In this document: positions 45,740-57,445 of the stretch, in pieces
How positions within the stretch are numbered: position 1 is the first letter of the stretch
Layout of the letters: the number at the start of each line of letters is the position of its first letter
NCBI GenBank assembly: GCA_041690295.1
Contig: JAWLHR010000014.1
Location: forward strand, 1 to 64,000
Direction of reading: 5' to 3'
Origin: Bdellovibrionales bacterium
GTDB taxonomy: Bacteria; Bdellovibrionota; Bdellovibrionia; Bdellovibrionales; UBA1609
Length of the DNA stretch: 64,000 bases
Translations under genes and position numbers: made by a program
The notes under the pieces: model-generated
Database searches by the model: none
What the model was told of the DNA's origin: nothing
The model's input: only the letters and a program-made list of their open reading frames with translations

Positions 45740-47836
45740 TCAAGTGATCTCGATTGACGGTTCGGAACTTGAAAGAACCTCGCCGATCAGTCCCGCCGCC
45801 GGCATCCCCGCGGCACGCAACTCGGTAAGTAAGAGTTCCGCGTCACCCTTGTCGACGGCCAGCAGTAAAGGTCCATTGGTTTGTGGATCGTAAAAGACGT
45901 CCGAAGCCGGCTCAGTTTTCACAAAGTGACTGTAAGTCTTGCGGTTTTCCGAAGTCAGGTGAGCTTGAACTTGCATTCGGGTCAACCGTTCAAAATCCGG
46001 TAAAACTGGGATTGACGACGCCGTCAGTCTCACCAAAACATTTTCACCGGCCATCATTTCCGTCAGGTGCCCGATCAGTCCGAAGCCGGAAACATCGGTG
46101 GCCGCACGAACAGGCGCGGAACTATTTTTGACCCATGGAGCGTGGGGATTGTTCATCAGATGTTCGCGCAGAACCTTCCAGCTCTCCGGCGACAAACGTC
46201 CTTGCATATATCCTTGGAGCAAGGCACCCGTTCCCAAGGGCTTTGTGATCACAAGAACCTGTCCTGGGCGTAAAGGTCCTTTCCGTCGACTCCCCTCTGG
46301 CCCCAAAGCCGTGACGACGATTTGAATTTCCGCGGCTTCGGCGGTGTGGGCATTCAGAAGACGCGCACCGCTCGCTTCAAGAACACGGCGCACGCCACCC
46401 ATCAATTGGCCCAAACAATCCACTCGCAAATGGGATGCGGCCGGAGAAAGACTGACATAAACCGTAGCCGCCGCGGGCGCGCTACCGGTTGCGTACAAAT
46501 CATTAAACGCATGCCAAGTGGCCGCTTGACCAAAGAGGTAAAGATCCTTGGTGAAGGCTCGAAAACCATCCACGGTGACAGCCGTTTGATCGAGATAACC
46601 CACATCTTGCGGGCCCTTGAATCGGGAGTCCGATTGCAGATACTCCGAAATCACTCCCCAGCTCAGTTTGCCACCACACCCTCCACAGGTGTTCGCGGTC
46701 ATCGCCATGGGAGAATAGGGAGTCTCACCGAATCTTTCCATGAATCGCCGATCGATGCGATCTTTCAGGCGCCAAACCCAGGCTCCTTCCCCAGCCACTT
46801 TTCCATAGGACAAAATGGCCCGCCGATCTCCCGAAAGCAAAAGGGCCAGTGTTTTTCGTTGCGGACGATAGCGAATAAGGTCCTTTCGGCCCACGGCTGT
46901 ACGACGAATATTTTCCGTGAGAACCGGCCCCTCGCGAACCGCGTAAACTCCCGACTTCGGTAGCGGGCGAGAAGCGAACTCAATACAGTCTCCGGCGGCG
47001 AAAATCCGAGGCTGACCTTCACATCGAAGAGTATCATCGACTCGCAAAAAGCCATTCGATAATTTCAATCCGGTCGACTGAAACCACTCCGGCGCCGCCG
47101 CACCCGTGGTGACTAGAAGATGGCCGAATTCCACCTGCTGAGAGGATTCAAGCCTCGCCACTTGGCCTTCCACACGGGTCACTCTGGAGTTCAGCTTCAA
47201 TTCAATTCCCAATCGGGCCAGTGCGCCCATCGCCTTCGCCCGCGCCCGCTCGCCATGCCCCGGTAAAATCTGATCCCCGGCTTCCAAAATGATGATCTTT
47301 CGTCTCACGCCAGAGCTTCGCGCCGAAAGCGCGCAAGCCACCGCCAATTCAAATCCGGCGGCGCCAGCTCCCACGACTACCCACGGTTCGTCAGCTTCAT
47401 TCTGGGCATTTAAATCGCGCCATTTTTCAAGTAAGCGGGAAATCGGTTTGACCGCGAAGACTCTGGGATTTCCCTCAGCCCCATCCGGCAGCACCGGCGT
47501 GATACCCACATTCAGCGAAAGAATGTCATAGGCCAGCGGAGGATGTTCGCGAAGACGCACCTGCCGTTTCGCCAAATCCACTCCAACCGCCGCGTCCTGA
47601 ATAAAGCCGACACCGGATTGCGCCGCGAGATTCAGTAGGTTGAAGTGCATCTCCGAATCATCGTAGAGACCGGCGAGGCGCCCCGGAAGCATTCCTGAAT
47701 AAGGTGTCTCCATGACGTTGGAGACAAGGATGACCTCGACTCCAGGAATCGGCTCCATCCGCCAACGTTTAAGAAATTGAACATGACTGTGCCCGCCGCC
47801 GATCAATAAAATCCTTGAGGAAACCGGAGACATCAT
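45740..47836 (-). CDS. selD: Selenide, water dikinase fused to N-terminal FAD/NAD oxidoreductase
   Basis: LIGGGHSH, PYSGMLPG, PKSGVYAVR; CGGCGGK, TVDGF, NDLYA, TKPLGTG, TDVSGFGL.GHL, DPQT. Confidence 0.9.
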   Translation of the reverse strand: MMSPVSSRILLIGGGHSHVQFLKRWRMEPIPGVEVILVSNVMETPYSGMLPGRLAGLYDDSEMHFNLLNLAAQSGVGFIQDAAVGVDLAKRQVRLREHPPLAYDILSLNVGITPVLPDGAEGNPRVFAVKPISRLLEKWRDLNAQNEADEPWVVVGAGAAGFELAVACALSARSSGVRRKIIILEAGDQILPGHGERARAKAMGALARLGIELKLNSRVTRVEGQVARLESSQQVEFGHLLVTTGAAAPEWFQSTGLKLSNGFLRVDDTLRCEGQPRIFAAGDCIEFASRPLPKSGVYAVREGPVLTENIRRTAVGRKDLIRYRPQRKTLALLLSGDRRAILSYGKVAGEGAWVWRLKDRIDRRFMERFGETPYSPMAMTANTCGGCGGKLSWGVISEYLQSDSRFKGPQDVGYLDQTAVTVDGFRAFTKDLYLFGQAATWHAFNDLYATGSAPAAATVYVSLSPAASHLRVDCLGQLMGGVRRVLEASGARLLNAHTAEAAEIQIVVTALGPEGSRRKGPLRPGQVLVITKPLGTGALLQGYMQGRLSPESWKVLREHLMNNPHAPWVKNSSAPVRAATDVSGFGLIGHLTEMMAGENVLVRLTASSIPVLPDFERLTRMQVQAHLTSENRKTYSHFVKTEPASDVFYDPQTNGPLLLAVDKGDAELLLTELRAAGMPAAGLIGEVLSSSEPSIEIT

Positions 47837-48848
47837 TCCAGTTCCCTTGAAAACGGATTTGCCGCGCATCCCGCTTGAGGCTGAATTCATAGGCCGGATC
47901 GTAGTACCGACGGAGCAAACATTCAATCCAAGTTCCGTGGCGTTCGGTGCCTTCGAACGCCCGATGAATCAAAGCGCGAAGTTCCGCGGCGAGAGCCCCG
48001 CCCAAGGCCTTTTCAATTTTGCCGATCGAACCGACGAGAGAATCCCGCACCGCTTCCGGTTTGAATCGGCTCAAAGGTTCTTTAACGTACTCGTTGAAAA
48101 TTCTTTGCACGCGTTCTTCCATCGGCGCCTCAAGGACGACCAGATCCGCCTGGCGCATGAAGCGGCGGAGAACAAGGGGAACTGAGCAGGTTCCGATGAG
48201 TCCACTTTCGCCCTCGACGATCATTGCACCAGGATTGGCGAAAAGATGAAGCCCGATGGAGTTTTCAAAGGACTGCTGTGGCGGCTGGGGCTCCCCCATG
48301 TAGCCGCCAAAGGCACTGCCTCGATGACGCGCGAACCACTCCAAATCCAAAACCGCGCGAGCCTCGAGTTCACGCAAGAGATCGGTTTTTCCACAACCGG
48401 TCATCCCTCCTAGCACCAGCCATTCGCGGGAACGCTCCAACTCGCCAAGCAAAACATGGCGCATGGCTTTGTATCCACCATCCACGCGGTATCCGTTACG
48501 AAAACCGGACTCACTTAACCATTCCGTGGCGATGCGGGAGCGGAGCCCACCACGCCAGCAGGTCAGCAAAGCCTCATCGTGATCACCAATGACACTAGAC
48601 CAGTCCCGCACCAAATTCGCGCGCAGTGGATCCACCAATTTATGGCCCAGCTCGACGGCGGCGTTATGGCCCTCCTGTTTGTACGTGAGCCCAACAAGGT
48701 GCCTATGTTCATTGTTAAGGATCGGGATGTTCTTGAAACCCGGAACAGAGCCGCGACAAAATTCCAACTGACTCCGAACGTCGATGGCCGGAGTTCCCGA
48801 CTTTAATCGTTTTAATGCTTCATCCGCACTGATCAGTGGCCAGCTCAA
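47769..48848 (-). CDS. mnmH: tRNA 2-selenouridine synthase
   Basis: IDVRS rhodanese, CWRGGLRS, GGYK, GMTGCGKT P-loop, HRGSAFG, YYDP.Y; start uncertain (TTG 48848). Confidence 0.92.
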   Translation of the reverse strand: MSWPLISADEALKRLKSGTPAIDVRSQLEFCRGSVPGFKNIPILNNEHRHLVGLTYKQEGHNAAVELGHKLVDPLRANLVRDWSSVIGDHDEALLTCWRGGLRSRIATEWLSESGFRNGYRVDGGYKAMRHVLLGELERSREWLVLGGMTGCGKTDLLRELEARAVLDLEWFARHRGSAFGGYMGEPQPPQQSFENSIGLHLFANPGAMIVEGESGLIGTCSVPLVLRRFMRQADLVVLEAPMEERVQRIFNEYVKEPLSRFKPEAVRDSLVGSIGKIEKALGGALAAELRALIHRAFEGTERHGTWIECLLRRYYDPAYEFSLKRDARQIRFQGNWNDVSGFLKDFIDRRRAQSCSIS

Positions 48849-48904
48849 TTTTTCACCACTAAATTCTCTTGCCCAGCTTAAACACTGCGAATAGACCACA
48901 ATAT

Positions 48905-49795
48905 ATGTTGCGATTTCAATGGGTAATCCTCATAGCCGTATTTTTCGCCGGCTGTACTTCGATCAAAAAAATAAACGAAAAGCCGCCACAAAACGCCACG
49001 CCTCAGGAATTTGAAGTCCTTACCACCCATCCGATGATCCAAGCGGCCGCGAAGGGGGATCTGGAGAAATTGAAGTCCATGATCAAGGACGGTTTTTCGG
49101 TCAATGTGGCCAGCGATTTGGGAATCACTCCATTGATGGCCGCCGCCCGAAAAAACCATGTCAATGCGGTTCAGCTCCTCATTGAGGCCGGCGCTGACGT
49201 TAACGCCAAAGACAGCCAGGGTTCCACCGCCCTTCACTTCGCGGCTTTGGGCAGCTCGCCCGGTTCAGTGCAAAAGATCGCCAAGAAAGGCGCGGAGCTG
49301 GAAACCAAGGATGCATTCGATTTGACACCCCTCATGATGGCGGTTCGCTTCGCCAGCTTCGAAACGATCAAAGCACTGATCAAAGCGGGCGCTTCGATTT
49401 ATACCGCGGATCCGAATGGCTGGACCGCGATTCACTTCGCGATCCCCCGCGCGGACGCCGTCATTTTCGATTATCTTTTGGATCAAAACCCGACTCTGGA
49501 CCAATACGATCGCGACGGCGACACTCTGGCCATCATCGCTTTGAATTACAATCAAATCAGTTTCGTTAAACGTCTGATTGAAAGTGGGGCGCCGATCGCC
49601 CAGGCCGATCGGGAAGGAAACACCCTGCTTCATCATGCCGTCATCATGCGCGAACGAGAGCTGGTGAAATGGCTCGTGGATCGTAAATTTCCCACGGATG
49701 TGCAAAACCGGGTGGGACAAACACCTCTGACCTTGGCGCAAATGACGAATGATAAAGAAATCGTAAGTTATCTTCAAAAAGGTCAGAAACAATGA
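48905..49795 (+). CDS. Ankyrin-repeat lipoprotein
   Basis: Lipobox FAGC; about 8 G.TPL..A ankyrin repeats. Confidence 0.92.
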   Translation: MLRFQWVILIAVFFAGCTSIKKINEKPPQNATPQEFEVLTTHPMIQAAAKGDLEKLKSMIKDGFSVNVASDLGITPLMAAARKNHVNAVQLLIEAGADVNAKDSQGSTALHFAALGSSPGSVQKIAKKGAELETKDAFDLTPLMMAVRFASFETIKALIKAGASIYTADPNGWTAIHFAIPRADAVIFDYLLDQNPTLDQYDRDGDTLAIIALNYNQISFVKRLIESGAPIAQADREGNTLLHHAVIMRERELVKWLVDRKFPTDVQNRVGQTPLTLAQMTNDKEIVSYLQKGQKQ

Positions 49796-50094
49796 TCGGT
49801 CTGAGAGTTTCTCCGTTTCTTCTTCTCATCAGTTGGTTAATGCTTGGCTGCATGTCGACGACCGTGGTCTTCGATGAGAAATGGCAAAGCTCCAGCAAAC
49901 CGACTTACACGGACTATTACGATCAGTACTTCATTGGTTTTTCCGGCGTCAGCGTTGTCCATTTGGAGAAGGTTTGCATGGATCAAAAAATTCATGCCGC
50001 GCAAAAAATTAAAACCTCGGAAGACATGATCCTGACCGGACTGACACTGGGAATTTATTCCCCCGTCACTGTGAATGTTTGGTGTGGAGATTAA
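49792..50094 (+). CDS. Bor/Iss-family lipoprotein
   Basis: Lipobox MLGC; TLGIYSP..V.V.C. Confidence 0.8.
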   Translation: MIGLRVSPFLLLISWLMLGCMSTTVVFDEKWQSSSKPTYTDYYDQYFIGFSGVSVVHLEKVCMDQKIHAAQKIKTSEDMILTGLTLGIYSPVTVNVWCGD

Positions 50095-50095
50095 G

Positions 50096-50398
50096 ATGCC
50101 GGCTCGGACTATTGTTTTTTTATTTTTATTGTTGTGCTCCTGCACTCATGTGACCATGCAACGCGGGGAAGGTCCCAAGGTCGAACCCAGTCAGGAGCAC
50201 AGAATTCATTCTTTCTTGTTCGCGCTGATCCGTCAGCCCGCAAGCGCCCTGCCCACACAAACCACATTGTGTCCGGGCTCTCGGATTGAAACGGTTGAGT
50301 TCCACATGACTCCGACGGACGTCCTGATTGCAACCGCCACACTTGGACTTTACGTCCCCCAACATATGTCGGTCGCCTGCGCACCTGTGTCAAATTAA
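50096..50398 (+). CDS. Bor/Iss-family lipoprotein (second copy)
   Basis: Lipobox LCSC; TLGLYVP...V.C. Confidence 0.75.
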   Translation: MPARTIVFLFLLLCSCTHVTMQRGEGPKVEPSQEHRIHSFLFALIRQPASALPTQTTLCPGSRIETVEFHMTPTDVLIATATLGLYVPQHMSVACAPVSN

Positions 50399-50432
50399 CT
50401 CGACGCCCTTTTGATCCGCCCGACTTATTCCG

Positions 50433-50882
50433 ATGCGAATGACATCGGATAAGGAACGTTGCATGAGCTCCACACTGAAATTAAATCCGGGTGAGTTCTT
50501 GATCAAAGAAAAGACTCCCTGTGAAGCCTTATACATCATCAAAGAAGGACAACTAGAAGTTTACCGAACCGCCTCCAGCGGAGAGAAGGTGACCATCGGC
50601 ATGATTTCTTCCGGCGAATATGTGGGCGAAACCGCCCTGTTCAAAGGTGGAATGAACGGTTCGAACGTCGTGGCTCTGACTCCAGTCACCTACATCAAGC
50701 TTCCGCGCGCCTCGATTGAAGCGCAGCTGAAAACCGCACCACCATGGCTTGTGGCGCTGACCCGCGGATTGATCGATCGCCTTCACGCTTGTAACGAGAT
50801 CATGCGCCGAAACGGCTTGGTCGACGATAAGCTCGTCACCCGGATCCGGGCCGTGGAAGAGAAATTCAAGAAGGCCGAATAG
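50433..50882 (+). CDS. Cyclic nucleotide-binding domain protein
   Basis: LYIIKEG.LEV, GEYVGE; no HTH; start may be 50463. Confidence 0.87.
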   Translation: MRMTSDKERCMSSTLKLNPGEFLIKEKTPCEALYIIKEGQLEVYRTASSGEKVTIGMISSGEYVGETALFKGGMNGSNVVALTPVTYIKLPRASIEAQLKTAPPWLVALTRGLIDRLHACNEIMRRNGLVDDKLVTRIRAVEEKFKKAE

Positions 50883-50932
50883 GCCTTTAGTCCGGATCTA
50901 AAAATTCAAGACAAAAAAGCCGAGAAGATTTC

Positions 50933-51526
50933 ATGGGAGAAAGTGTCCGCCGATATGTGCCGCGCGCGCCCCGCTATGTTTTGCGACAGCAAGATCGCAA
51001 TCTCATGCGTTTCTGTTTGGCCCAGCTTAAAGGACCGGCGCATATCGAACAAACAACCTTGATCAATCTCTCCGAATCCGGTGCCGCGTTCATCACCGAT
51101 CTCAGTTGCGATCTTAAAATCGGCGACACCGTGAAGGTCGAAATCCCCATTCCCGGCGGAGATCAAATCGCCTGGTACGCCCGGGTCGTTCGCATTCAGG
51201 AATATGATGACAGTCCATGGTACTCGCCACGCACGGGTGAAAAGAAAATCGATAAACTCTTAGTGGCGTTGAAGTTCGATCAAATGCCCGAAGGACACAC
51301 GCGGGCCATTCGTAAAGGCATTGAGCAAAGCTTTCTCCAGGCCCTGCAGGATCAGCAACTTCGAAGAATTCTTTATTATAAAGCGTGGATCATTCAACAC
51401 GTGATTCCGATCATTTTTTACGGCCTGCTGGCCATGGCCGCGGTTGGATTTATCTACATGATGACCCGCCCTTCGGAAAACTACGATGAAAAACGGGGCG
51501 CGCCCTGGGGTCAGCGTTTCAAGTGA
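50933..51526 (+). CDS. PilZ-domain protein with C-terminal TM
   Basis: RAPR and NLSESG PilZ-like motifs; GCCGAGAA FliA-like -10 at 50919. Confidence 0.82.
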   Translation: MGESVRRYVPRAPRYVLRQQDRNLMRFCLAQLKGPAHIEQTTLINLSESGAAFITDLSCDLKIGDTVKVEIPIPGGDQIAWYARVVRIQEYDDSPWYSPRTGEKKIDKLLVALKFDQMPEGHTRAIRKGIEQSFLQALQDQQLRRILYYKAWIIQHVIPIIFYGLLAMAAVGFIYMMTRPSENYDEKRGAPWGQRFK

Positions 51527-52208
51527 ACGCGTTCGCCGGAAAAATCATCTCCCGCGCGCTCGCACGGCTTTCTTCCAAACGTCTTAAAAAATCCCGGCGC
51601 GGGATGTAGCGACCACCGAATGTGCTTAATAGCGGCGTGACCATTTGAATATCCATCCAGTCCTGACCGTTCGCCGCCAGAAACTCCACCAGTTTGACCA
51701 GCGCGCACTTGGACGCATTGGTTCTGCGATGAAACATGCTTTCACCGCAAAACACGCCCGCCACGTAGACCCCGTAAAGTCCACCGACCAATTCCGACCC
51801 TTCCCAAACTTCAAGGCTATGAGCGTAACCGGCGCGATGAAAATCACGATAGGCGCGGATCAATTTGTTGGTGATCCAAGTGCCATTTTGACCCGGCCGG
51901 GGTTGGAGCGCGCAGGCCTCGAGAACTTCCGTGAACCTTTTATTAAATGTGTATTTGAAGGGCGTTCGCTTCATGAACTTCTGGAGACTGCGGGGAATGT
52001 GGAAATCCGAAAAATCCAAAATCCCCCGATCCACCGGCGAATACCAGACCGTGGGTAGTTCCGGATGGGGCCATGGGAAAATTCCAAAACTGTAAGCTTC
52101 TAAAAGTCGCTCGACACGAAGGTCATCACTGAGGTCCAAAATGCCTTCATCCAAAGCCAATTCCGGATGAGGGAAGGACTTTAAGTGCTTGGCATAAAGC
52201 GGTTTCAT
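51519..52208 (-). CDS. aat: Leucyl/phenylalanyl-tRNA-protein transferase
   Basis: AYSFGIFPW, TWI, AHSLEVW, GGLYG, FCGESMF. Confidence 0.95.
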   Translation of the reverse strand: MKPLYAKHLKSFPHPELALDEGILDLSDDLRVERLLEAYSFGIFPWPHPELPTVWYSPVDRGILDFSDFHIPRSLQKFMKRTPFKYTFNKRFTEVLEACALQPRPGQNGTWITNKLIRAYRDFHRAGYAHSLEVWEGSELVGGLYGVYVAGVFCGESMFHRRTNASKCALVKLVEFLAANGQDWMDIQMVTPLLSTFGGRYIPRRDFLRRLEESRASAREMIFPANAFT

Positions 52209-53698
52209 TTCGCTGTCTCTCCGCCGAGGCAGTGATCACAAAATCCACAATCCGTATCAACGGGCCTGCCGAAATACCGATATATCCCCCGCTTGCGGCA
52301 TTCATCGGCGCGAAACCATTGCACCAGATGAAGCAGTTTTTCCTGCAAACCGCGCCGACGCCGGTTCCATTGTTCCGCGTTCAAATCTTCAGGTTCAAGT
52401 TCGCGCAAAAACTCCAATTTATCGAGGCGGCGATGGGACCAATGAATGACTTCCAATCGGTCCAACTGGTTCAAAGCGGTCTCAAGGCGAAGGTCACTCT
52501 TATTTTTAAAACTCAATTGCGCGCGAAGGTCGTCGAGGGTCAGTGATTTCAAACGGTCCTGCCAGCGAACCAGCAGGTCATACACCGAGCGGGTGTAATC
52601 CGGCTCCGGAGTGAGAGAGTCGATAAATCGCATTTGGGTTTCGATGTCATCTTGCGAATACAAAAGCAGGCAATCAGCCCTTTGAGCGTCGCGGCCGGCC
52701 CGTCCCACTTCTTGATAGTAGGCTTCGATCGAGCCCGGCACTTCAAAGTGAAGAATGCCCCGAATATCAGGCTTATCCACGCCAAGGCCGAATGCAGGTG
52801 TGGCAAGGAGCAGATTCACTTTCCCCGCCACAAAATCTTTTTGTACCCGGTGACGAGCGGAACTTTCCATTTCGCCATGATAGATGGCCAAAGGCTCTTT
52901 TAGGCGGGCCGCCACCTTCTCAAGCGTCGAAATCAAGGTGAAATAAATGATCTTGGCGCCGGAAACACCGTGAATCCACTCGGAAAGACGCTTTATCTTT
53001 TCATCGAGCCCATCCACTTCCTCGGCCGCTAAATACAGGTTGGGCCGCTCAACTCCTTCCCAAAGTTTCACCGCATCGGGAATGTCGAGCTGGGTAAGGA
53101 TATCTTTTTGAACTTGAACCGTGGCCGTCGCCGTAAGGGCCATTGTCTGCGGCCGTCCCAGCGCTTCACGGACCTCACGCAAGCGGGAGTAGTCGGGCCG
53201 GAAATCATGCCCCCATTGCGAAATGCAATGGGCTTCATCAACGGCCAGCAGGGATACCTTGAGCCCTTTCATCACCTCACAAAACGCGGGCTGCCGAAAC
53301 CGTTCGGGGGTGACATATAACAATTTGACTTGACCCTCGCGCACCTTCTTCAGCCTGACTTCTTTTTCATCACGGCTCAGGGCGGAATGGATGCAGGTCG
53401 CGGGCCAGCCGAATGCCCGGGCCTTGGCCACTTGGTCTTCCATGAGGGCGATGAGCGGCGAAACCACCACCGTTAAGCCGGGTTGAACCAAAGCCGGCAA
53501 TTGATAGCACAAGGATTTGCCTGAACCCGTCGGCCAAACGAGCAGAAGATCCCGCCCCCGGGCCCACTCGTTGAGGGCCAGGGCCTGATGGGGCCTGAAG
53601 GGAAACAATCCCGCCTTGCGGGCGGCGGCTTCAAGAGGAGCTAAATCGCGCATAAGACCCTTAAATCCAAAGGCTTTTTCCAGCATCGTATTCTCCAC
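52205..53698 (-). CDS. recQ: RecQ-family DNA helicase
   Basis: PTGSGKSLCYQ, VDEAHCISQWGHDFRPDY, YYQEVGRAGRD, Zn CR...CGFCDHC; start may be 53653. Confidence 0.93.
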   Translation of the reverse strand: MENTMLEKAFGFKGLMRDLAPLEAAARKAGLFPFRPHQALALNEWARGRDLLLVWPTGSGKSLCYQLPALVQPGLTVVVSPLIALMEDQVAKARAFGWPATCIHSALSRDEKEVRLKKVREGQVKLLYVTPERFRQPAFCEVMKGLKVSLLAVDEAHCISQWGHDFRPDYSRLREVREALGRPQTMALTATATVQVQKDILTQLDIPDAVKLWEGVERPNLYLAAEEVDGLDEKIKRLSEWIHGVSGAKIIYFTLISTLEKVAARLKEPLAIYHGEMESSARHRVQKDFVAGKVNLLLATPAFGLGVDKPDIRGILHFEVPGSIEAYYQEVGRAGRDAQRADCLLLYSQDDIETQMRFIDSLTPEPDYTRSVYDLLVRWQDRLKSLTLDDLRAQLSFKNKSDLRLETALNQLDRLEVIHWSHRRLDKLEFLRELEPEDLNAEQWNRRRRGLQEKLLHLVQWFRADECRKRGIYRYFGRPVDTDCGFCDHCLGGETAK

Positions 53699-53768
53699 AA
53701 TGCCTTTGCACTTTGTCAGATCTCATGTTAACCCAAATTCCTCAAATTCATAAATCAAAGGGAACTCC

Positions 53769-55870
<2,102 letters not shown>

Positions 55871-55874
<4 letters not shown>

Positions 55875-56434
55875 TCCTGTCGGACAAAACTCTCAAGGAA
55901 TTGATCGCATCCGGCGAATTGGGAGTTTCGCCTCTTTGTGAGGAGTCCATCCAGCCGGCGTCCATCGATTTACGGCTGGGCTCTGACTTCTTGGTGGTCG
56001 AAGACCGCCAGATGCAGGCGATCGATCTCAACTCCGAAATTATGTATCGAAGGCTCGAGGGGCCGGTGATCACCATCCCGCCCCACTCCTTCCTGCTCGC
56101 CACCACCATGGAGGAGATCCGGCTTCCCGAAAACCTGACGGCCTTCGTGGAGGGCCGCAGTTCCATCGGTCGCATTGGGCTTTTCATTGAAAATGCGGGT
56201 TGGGTGGACCCAGGGTTCGAAGGACAAATCACTCTGGAGCTCTTCAACGCCAATTCTCTCCCGATCCGGCTCGAAGCCGGTCGGAGAATCTGTCAGCTGG
56301 TCTTTTGTCGCATGGACCATGCCGCGCTGACCCCCTACCGCGGCAAATATCAGGGTCAAAAAAATGCCACAGGGAGTCAAGTATTTAAAGACACTGAGGT
56401 ATTTGGCCCTAGCGGAAAGGACTCGAAGCTTTAG
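55871..56434 (+). CDS. dcd: dCTP deaminase
   Basis: [38 protein letters not shown]. Confidence 0.95.
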
Positions 56435-56464
56435 GTGGAGATTCGTGCTATATTAGGGGGGTAG

Positions 56465-57013
56465 ATGAAGTTATTAGATTGGCTCCAAGACCAAACGTCC
56501 CCACAAGAAATTACCGAAGAACCTGAGCCCGAACCGGCACCTCTGCTTAAAAACAGACTCTCCGAGTTAGCGAAAGTTCCAGTGACGGATATTATGATAC
56601 CCAGACCGCTCATCACGGCGCTCGACGCCGATGTGCAGTTAAAGCGGGTGCGTCGGCTCAAGTCCTCCAAAGTTTCCCATTTCCCGGTTTATAAAGGCGA
56701 CCTCGACCGCATCCTGGGTTGGATCGAGAAGGAAAAGGTGCTCGAACTCCTGCTGGAAGGCCGGGAAGACCTGAATCTGGCGAACCACGTGCAGCCGGTC
56801 GCCACCGTCGATGAGTCCGCCAAAGTCAGCGATCTGGCCGATGTCTTTTTGAAAAGGCAAAGTCCGTTTGCCGTGGTCCAAAATGATCATCTGCAAACCG
56901 TGGGACTCGTGCCATTAACTGAATTTGTTGAGCTTCTATTCGGGGTGGACCTTCAGTCGACAGCTTCTCCCTCGACGGACACCGCGAACTCTTTAAAAGC
57001 CTATGAAGTCTGA
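56465..57013 (+). CDS. CBS-domain protein
   Basis: V.DIMIPR, HFPVY.G.LD.ILG CorC-like CBS pair. Confidence 0.85.
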   Translation: MKLLDWLQDQTSPQEITEEPEPEPAPLLKNRLSELAKVPVTDIMIPRPLITALDADVQLKRVRRLKSSKVSHFPVYKGDLDRILGWIEKEKVLELLLEGREDLNLANHVQPVATVDESAKVSDLADVFLKRQSPFAVVQNDHLQTVGLVPLTEFVELLFGVDLQSTASPSTDTANSLKAYEV

Positions 57014-57323
57014 GATTCTGTTCGCCTACTGCACCTTTCCCTCGGGTGAGGTGGCGGAATCAATATCGCAACAACTGGTGGCGGAAGGGATTATCGCCTG
57101 CGCGAACGTCTTTCCTCCCCATAAGGCGATCTACTCCTGGAAAGGCGTCATGCAGTCCGAATCGGAGTGCGCGGCGATCTTCAAGCTCAACGCTAGGAAA
57201 GCCAAACTCCTAAAGGGAAAAATCCGGGATATACATCCCTACACGAACCCGGCGCTGGTTTTTTGGCGCATCGAAGACGGACTCGAGGATTTTTTGAAGT
57301 GGGTCTACGCGCAAAGCCTCTAG
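57003..57323 (+). CDS. cutA: Divalent-cation tolerance protein CutA
   Basis: ACAN, IYSWKG...E, HPY..P. Confidence 0.9.
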   Translation: MKSEILFAYCTFPSGEVAESISQQLVAEGIIACANVFPPHKAIYSWKGVMQSESECAAIFKLNARKAKLLKGKIRDIHPYTNPALVFWRIEDGLEDFLKWVYAQSL

Positions 57324-57406
57324 CTCGCATAAATTAAAGACCTCGTAAACAACGCCATCAAAAAGGTTAACAACAACAGAATTAGGTAAATCGTTCGCGC
57401 GTTCAT
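57320..57406 (-). CDS. Putative 28-aa single-TM peptide (absent from ORF track)
   Basis: MNARTIYLILLLLTFLMALFTRSLIYAS; GTGGGGA RBS-like sequence; sigma-54 motif upstream. Confidence 0.45.
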   Translation of the reverse strand: MNARTIYLILLLLTFLMALFTRSLIYAS

Positions 57407-57445
57407 CGTCCCCACAAGCGGGTTGAGCCCGCTCATTTTCAGTTC

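Noticed and set aside
45740..47836. Selenocysteine read-through in SelD or neighbours
   Set aside because: Active site is Cys-encoded; no in-frame TGA or SECIS evident
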